NCBI GenBank assembly: GCA_012295275.1
Contig: CM022668.1
Coordinates: 9,176,001 to 9,240,000 of the forward strand
Origin: Chrysomallon squamiferum
Lineage: Eukaryota; Animalia; Mollusca
DNA length: 64,000 bases
Direction: 5' to 3'
The notes under the pieces are model-generated. The model saw only the letters and a program-made list of their open reading frames with translations. It had not been told where the DNA came from and did not search any database. This document shows positions 1 through 64,000 of the stretch, one piece after another. The translations under genes and the position numbers were made by a program. Position 1 is the stretch's first letter. Every line of letters starts with the position of its first letter.

Positions 1-43
1 AACAAAAAAACCACTGACTTGTATAAAAGAAAAGTTTTAATAC

Positions 44-57560
<57,517 letters not shown>

Positions 57561-57891
57561 ATCCAAAGTAAGAATGCAAATAACTACTATTTAGTCGTCA
57601 TCGAGATAATGCTGTAAGTTCAAATGATGAATTTGTATTTTAAATTGTTTCTATCGGACTGCTTTCCACTCTTCGTGGAAAATGGCCACTAGTTTACCGT
57701 TGCTAAGTGACTTGTTATCGATGATTTCCGTTGCCGATATCGGACAGTTACGGATAGTGTCGAGTTTTACGAAAATTAACGATTATTTTAAAAGTCGGTT
57801 CACTTCCGGGAACGTTTTGTCCTTCGTGGATTTGCACATGTCAAAGTTTTTGCGAAAATGTTTTATAATTACATAACATTTACCATGTAAA
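57561..57891. promoter_or_regulatory. Bidirectional promoter between DNAH7 and COA1
   Basis: 331 bp between divergent ATGs, locally CpG-rich. YY1-like AAAATGGCC 57679-57687, X-box-like GTTGCTAAGTGAC 57699-57711, ETS/GABP-like CACTTCCGG 57801-57809. Confidence 0.7.
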
Positions 57892-58029
57892 ATGTCAACT
57901 TTAAGAACATTACGTGTAATAGCTATTTATGGTGGTGTGTTTGCATTAGGATCCGCAGCTTATTTTCATTCTAAAATTCAAGGTGAACTAAAAACTGAAC
58001 TTAGTGTCATAATTGTTAAAAAATAAACA

Positions 58030-58068
<39 letters not shown>

Positions 58069-60013
58069 TAAATACGATAAAAAGATGGATTAAAAACTTG
58101 TATAATCTGGCATTTAGTAAAATTACCTGATGGGAAATCTCGCTCTCTCACTTTGTTTTTTACGTTAGTTCTGTTTTATTTTGATTTTAGGAGGATTTCG
58201 AGAAGCAGAATACTACAAGACAGCTATGAGAATGTTGCGAATGTATGGGCCAGCAGTTGAAAACTTTGGTCAGCCAATCAGAAGCAAGAACATTGATCTT
58301 GGTGATCGTGAAAATAATTTTGTAGATGGTTATAACGCAAAGGTATTAAATGAATCTTCAGCAAAATGCAAATATACTTTAATAACAGTAACTGATACAT
58401 ATTTGATTTTGCACACAAAAATATCCAGACAAACACATACATAGGTATACTGTGATTCTACTGTTACATGTATAAAAAAAGAAACAAACATAAAAATGTA
58501 CACATTTATATTACATCATTGTTATTTACACAATGTAAACACATGCACACATTTACATACTGAAACACACACACATCAAAGAACAGAATGGACATCTTAT
58601 TTATTTACAAGTATATTTCACTGAAATTAATTTTACAAATTGTTATTCTAATATGCATCACGTATAAATTATTTCATATCAGTTTGTTATAGTAGAGAAT
58701 TTTCTAAAATAAATAAATGAATATACATATTCAAGACATCTCATTAACCTGAAGTAATTAAACAAACTAATTAATGTGGATTAATCAAGACATTTGCTAT
58801 TACTAATCATTTATTTTATTTTAAAGGTTGATAATATTCACTATCCTTTTTTCTCACAAGTTCAAAACATCTTAAACACATAGAAACAATCAAATTAAGT
58901 TTCAATTAATGTTGATCTCTCTGGAGGTTGTGTTTTTTTTTAGATGTCTGTTTCAGTCAAAGGTCCAAAAACAATCAAATTAATTTCTGAGTAATGTTGA
59001 TCTCTAATAAGGTATTTTTTTTTTTTTTTTTAGATGTCTATTCCAGTCAAAGGTCCAAAAGGCAAAGGAGTTCTGCATCTCACAGCAACCCGTAAAGATC
59101 TGTCAACAGGGTTCGTATAAAGATTCATGCAGAACCACAAAATCAAACACATGCACCATACCTGTACACACCCAGGAATGGCACCAGACTATTTGTGCCG
59201 AAGACAAGGCCAACTATGCAAACCATCCTCCCAAGAATTAGCCAATTTGAGATGATTTTGATCCAGTTTAATTTAACGATACTGATGAAAACAATAAATT
59301 GATTATGAACTAACAGTTAGCTGTCTATAAACAGATATAAACATTATATTATATTATGCTATATTTTCCTTTAATTATTATTTTTTCTTAAAACAATAAT
59401 TTGTCCAAAATTGTGACCCTTGAAGGTTAACAATGCATTGCACTGAGGTCTGTGCCCTTATTGGCCTTATGGTACTGCCAGTCCTGCACACACCCAAATA
59501 CACATACACAAGTCACTCTAGTACACATACACAAATTCACACAAACCTACACAGACATATTAACATATGCACTAGTTTTACATATAATAGTTACAGTGAA
59601 CTTGTACCAGTAGGAAAATTGAAGTAGAATTAAAGATGTGTGTTTGTTTATATTGAAATATTGTAGTCACTGCAGGGGATTATATGATGTAATTAATCCA
59701 TTATATTTAGCAATTGTTTGTTTTGACATGGGTTTTGTGATGATGTTTTTTATAATAATTTATGTGTGTGTGCATGAACATTTTTTTTTTTATATGTTTG
59801 TGGGTTGAATGTGTACATACATACATACATACACACACATATACATATATATATATATATTTTAATTTTTTTTTTTTTTTTTTTTTTTTCAGATGGCAGA
59901 TTGATCAACTTGACCTTGAGATCAACAATCCAGATCAGAGATGGACATTTTATGTTCATGATAATAAAGAAAATGAGAATCAAAATGACAATGAAAATGA
60001 TATCATCAGCTAA
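57892..60013 (+). CDS. COA1: Cytochrome c oxidase assembly factor 1 homolog, 4 exons, 146 aa
   Basis: Exons 57892-57982, 58191-58342, 59034-59110 and 59893-60013 join in frame to 441 nt: MSTLRTLRVIAIYGGVFALGSAAYFHSKIQGGFREAEYYKTAMRMLRMYGPAVENFGQPIRSKNIDLGDRENNFVDGYNAKMSIPVKGPKGKGVLHLTATRKDLSTGWQIDQLDLEI... The single N-terminal TM helix and the YY..A, G.PI, IPV.GPKGKG.L and W....L motifs are typical of the Coa1 family. Confidence 0.85.
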
Positions 60014-61273
60014 ATCTTTATTATTTATTATTAGAAATTTTATAAACATTTTTAAAGAACTGAAATTGGCAAAAAAAAACAATCCAAAAACATTGAGAAA
60101 TCTCCACAAATAGAAAGGATCAAGAAAAAGAAATAAAATAAAACGGAAAGTCAGAAGAGAAAAAATAATTAAATTTTATTAATAAATACTGACATATCAA
60201 GCTGTTTGAAACAGTGAAAATTATGATGTTGCTATACCAGTTTTATTTTATTCTATGAAAAATTAAAAAAAAGGTGAACAATATTTTTTTTTCTCAAAGC
60301 AAAAATAAGAAATATTATATTAATTCATAGATAATTTATTGTAAACAAAAAGCCAAAGGCCTCTTTATATACATTATTAACATGAATATTCCACTGTAGT
60401 GCAAAAGTGTTTTTTTGTTATTATTATTTTTTTAAACGTCCCATGTGTTAAATGAAGGTCTATCTATGTTTCTCAGCTTGGAGAAAAATGGAGAATGTAA
60501 ATGTGTGAAATATATTGTAAAGAAAGAACATTAATGAAGATGTATACAGATATAGTTTATATACATAAATCTATCTGTATGTACATAATTATATGTTAAT
60601 GTTTCACCTTGTATTTATTATTGAAAATAAATAATATTAAGAACAAGAAAAACAAGATATTCAGTTAATTATCAGGGACAATAAAATGAATAAATAAAAG
60701 TTGATTACAGAACAAACAATTATCGAGATTAATCAATCGCAGCGTCTCTAAATTCCTGGGTTCGCTCGTAATATTTTAACACACTTCAGTTAATACCGTG
60801 GTCAAGGTTGTCTTGAACAAGTAATTAACTTGATGACCGTTAAGTCGTGTATAGCTGCACGCAAGCACTCAACTGTGTATGTGAAAGTAAACTAAACGTG
60901 TTTTGCTCTGTTGTGGATTTTATCACTTGGCAGCGTACATGTGTAGCTATGGTTACTGTTCAACAAGATAACTCTTTTGATCTTTGCCGTACTATATTCT
61001 AAATATTTATCAAATGTTTATTAATATTTATTGAGTGTATGGATATTCAGATGTGCTAAATTTTTTGTGAAATTATTTATATATGAAAAGCAGAATATTA
61101 TTCTTTAATATGTAAACAAACATTTTTTTTAATCTTTCAAATTTGTTGTGGAATGAAGGTAATGCGTATAGTTATAGTATTCAACTTGACCTCGTAAACA
61201 ACCGGAAATTTTGTTTTCCAAACATTAATCTTTTCTAACACATGCCGGGTGTTCAGTTTAATCAAATTTCAAA

Positions 61274-63638
61274 ATGAAACATGGTCTTAAGAAATATAAT
61301 GTATATACATGGGATGAAGTTAAACTTCACAATAAACCTAATGACAAATGGTTAGTTATTCATGGGAAAGTGTACGATATTACTGACTGGTCGAAAAAAC
61401 ATCCAGGCGGGGCAAAAGTTATAAGTCATTATGCCGGAGAAGATGCTACGGTGAGTATTTTGTTATATTTGTCAAAGGCTATTATTTTAAACTGTTTAGA
61501 TTATTAGATAAACTTTAAACCTGTACTAAACCATAATAATTTTTTTTACTAAGTTTGTCAAAACATTCGTTACCGTATTTACACAAATTACTGGCGGCTG
61601 ATGCAACAGAAATCACAAAATGAACAACAACGACAACATCAAGAATCAAACAATAACTTTAAAAAGACTAATTGTTTCATTTTCCATTTTGTTTAAAATC
61701 ACTCTTATCAAGATCTGTTTGACACTGACTTTTTCCAGCTGATTTCAGTATCTGTGATGCATGTTAATTTGTTAGTAATATTCAATAAAAGGATATTAAA
61801 AAGGTCACGTTTTGCTTATTAGAGAAGTATATACCATTTATTGTGGCAGTTTTCTTTTATTATCTGTGTTATTCATGACCAAATGTATGACACCAGAGCA
61901 CTGTAGATTAATAATATATTAAATTCATTACCTTGACCAAAAAAAAAAAAAATTATAATAATAATAATAATAAATAATTAAGTAAATAAATAATCTTTTT
62001 TTTTACTAATAATTATTACAAAAGATAGGTCTAGATAATGTTCTAATTGTGGTAAGATTTGCTGCTGAGCCATGACTGCAGCTCCTGACAATGTTACAGT
62101 AAACCAATTAATAGGTTCAGAGTTAAAGATAAAGATTGGAAAGTGATCATTCATTTTTAACTTTCCAGACTTTTACAAAGTGAAGTATATTTTCATTTTG
62201 CTGGGTTAGCCCTATGTGCTTCTTAAATGAAATGATTTCTTGTTTCATGACAAAAGTAAAAGTATATAAAAATATTAATAAAGAAATAATAATATGCAGT
62301 GGAGCATTATCTGGAATTGGGAAAAAATCTGTTTGTGTCCACCAGTTTATTTAAATTTTAATTAGTTAACTTTAATTTTTGTTTTATGCTTTATGTATCT
62401 GTGTATATTGATCCACTTGTTAGTGCAGTACAGCTGCATCATTGGTTGTAGGATAAATCTCATCAGTGAACCCTTTTGTCTCTTTGCTGTTCCAACAAGT
62501 GCCCCAAAGTTAATTTAGCTGAGGCAGTGGTTTGTGGTTTGTGCTTCCCTTTCCATAGCAAAATCATATAAAAACTCCTTTGCTAATAACAGTAAAAATT
62601 TCAGATAAGCTGACAGCAAAAGATTTCCTTTCATTGTCATTACTCAAAAATATTATGTTTAATAGCCATCTCAGTTGATATTATTTGTTCTGAGGTGTCA
62701 TTAAATGTTCTTTTTTTCATTAATTTATTACATTTTTTCTTTCATTCTTATTGATCCATTTATCCTTTTTCATTCATTTAGTTGGATAAAATGGTTAAAA
62801 TTATGTTCTTTTCTTTTTTTTAATTATTGTTTCAGGATGCCTGGGTTGCTTTCCATGATGACAAAGAACTTGTGTCTAAATTTCTCAAATCAATACTTAT
62901 TGGGGAACTTGAAGACTATAAACCAGTATGTAGCATACTAATAAAAATTATTCCAACATACAGTTTGAGCATTCCATATCTAAAATCTTGAAATCCGAAA
63001 TGCTTTTTATTTATTTTTTAAATGACCATGTTATTTATAATTTATCTTTCTGTTGACTCAGTTTACATACTTAAATATTTTGTGTCATGAACAAAAGTAA
63101 CTTTGGGTGGATTTGGATTTTGTATGTTGTATGTTTTGATTTAGATCCAGTTTTCAGAATATATAATTAAAAAAAAAAAAAAATAATAATAATAAAAAAC
63201 ATTTTTTTATTTTAAATAATAATGCTCACCCTGTGTGTGTGTGTGTGTGTGTGAAACGTGTAGAAACACAAATACAAACCATTAAAATGGAAACTGGTTA
63301 AAAGGTTATATGAAAGAAAAAAGAAATCAGTCATGATAATATTTTATAATGAATATGAGAATTATCTTTTTTTTTTTTAACTATTTTCTTTTATTTTATT
63401 TTATTTTATTTTATTTATTTTGCTGTTGTTTTTCTTACAGACACAACTTCAGCTTGATTTTCGAAAACTTCGTAAAACCGTGGAGGAAATGGATTGGTTT
63501 AAGACAAATCCTTGGTTTTTTGCTGCTCATTTTATTCAGCTGATTGTAATGATGATTGCTGCTGGAAGCATCATGAGAATATTTGGTACTGGTTGGCTTC
63601 CTTATCTTGCATCTGCTGCATTGTTTGCTACATTTCAG
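61274..63638 (+). CDS. Front-end (delta-5/delta-6 type) fatty acid desaturase with N-terminal cytochrome b5 domain; exons 1-3, continues beyond window
   Basis: Exons 61274-61450, 62836-62925, 63441-63638. YTWDEV..H....[43 protein letters not shown] carries the HPGG haem motif, followed by [22 protein letters not shown] and a hydrophobic segment ending FQ where FADS1/2 continue to the first His box. Confidence 0.9.
62420..62600 (+). mobile_element. Degenerate SINE fragment (MetaSINE-like domain)
   Basis: gtaggataaatctcatcagtgaaccc...gttccaacaagtgcccc...gtggtttgtgcttccc...catataaaaactcctttgctaataa resembles a gastropod SINE body; recalled from memory, not searched. Confidence 0.35.
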
Positions 63639-64000
63639 GTAAATGTACTGACCTGTTTCCCCTCTTTAGAATGTTATCTTTCATATATATATATATATAT
63701 ATATAATGTTTGCTGCATTTCAGGTAAACATATTCACCTAACTTTCCTCTTTAGAATGTAATAATTCATATATATATATATTTATGTGTGTGTGTGTTTT
63801 TCTATCTACCTATATGTGTGTATAAGTCTGTCTATCTGTCTATCTGTCTACCTATATATCTATCTTCCATCTATCTCTATCAGTCTGTCAACCAGTATAT
63901 CTGTCATTCTGTCCATCAGTCTTATTCTATCTATTTATCTGTCTGTATATCATCTATCTGTCATACATCTGTGTATTTGTATGTGGGTGCATTTGTGCAT

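Overview
This is very AT-rich animal DNA; the repeat types tentatively suggest a gastropod mollusc. Most of the window is an axonemal dynein heavy chain gene (DNAH7-like) on the minus strand. I traced 63 coding exons by hand, from a putative ATG at 57560 to position 44, and the gene continues beyond the window. A 4-exon COA1-like gene (146 aa, + strand) lies head-to-head with it, 331 bp away, followed by the first three exons of a cytochrome-b5-fused fatty acid desaturase. Introns are packed with (AAT)n, (AAAT)n, (CA)n and (AT)n microsatellites, which explain most ORFs in the supplied track. Main observations: (1) candidate in-frame microexons hidden in dynein introns, the best a 30-nt LKKPRRKKVQ exon with upstream UGC and downstream TGCATG motifs; (2) recurrent tandem duplications containing the splice sites themselves, in all three genes, which create decoy-site arrays and possible new microexons; (3) several dynein exons locally overwritten by repeat sequence, probably assembly errors; (4) RFX X-boxes in the shared promoter and in introns. 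Coordinates were counted manually and may be off by a few bases.
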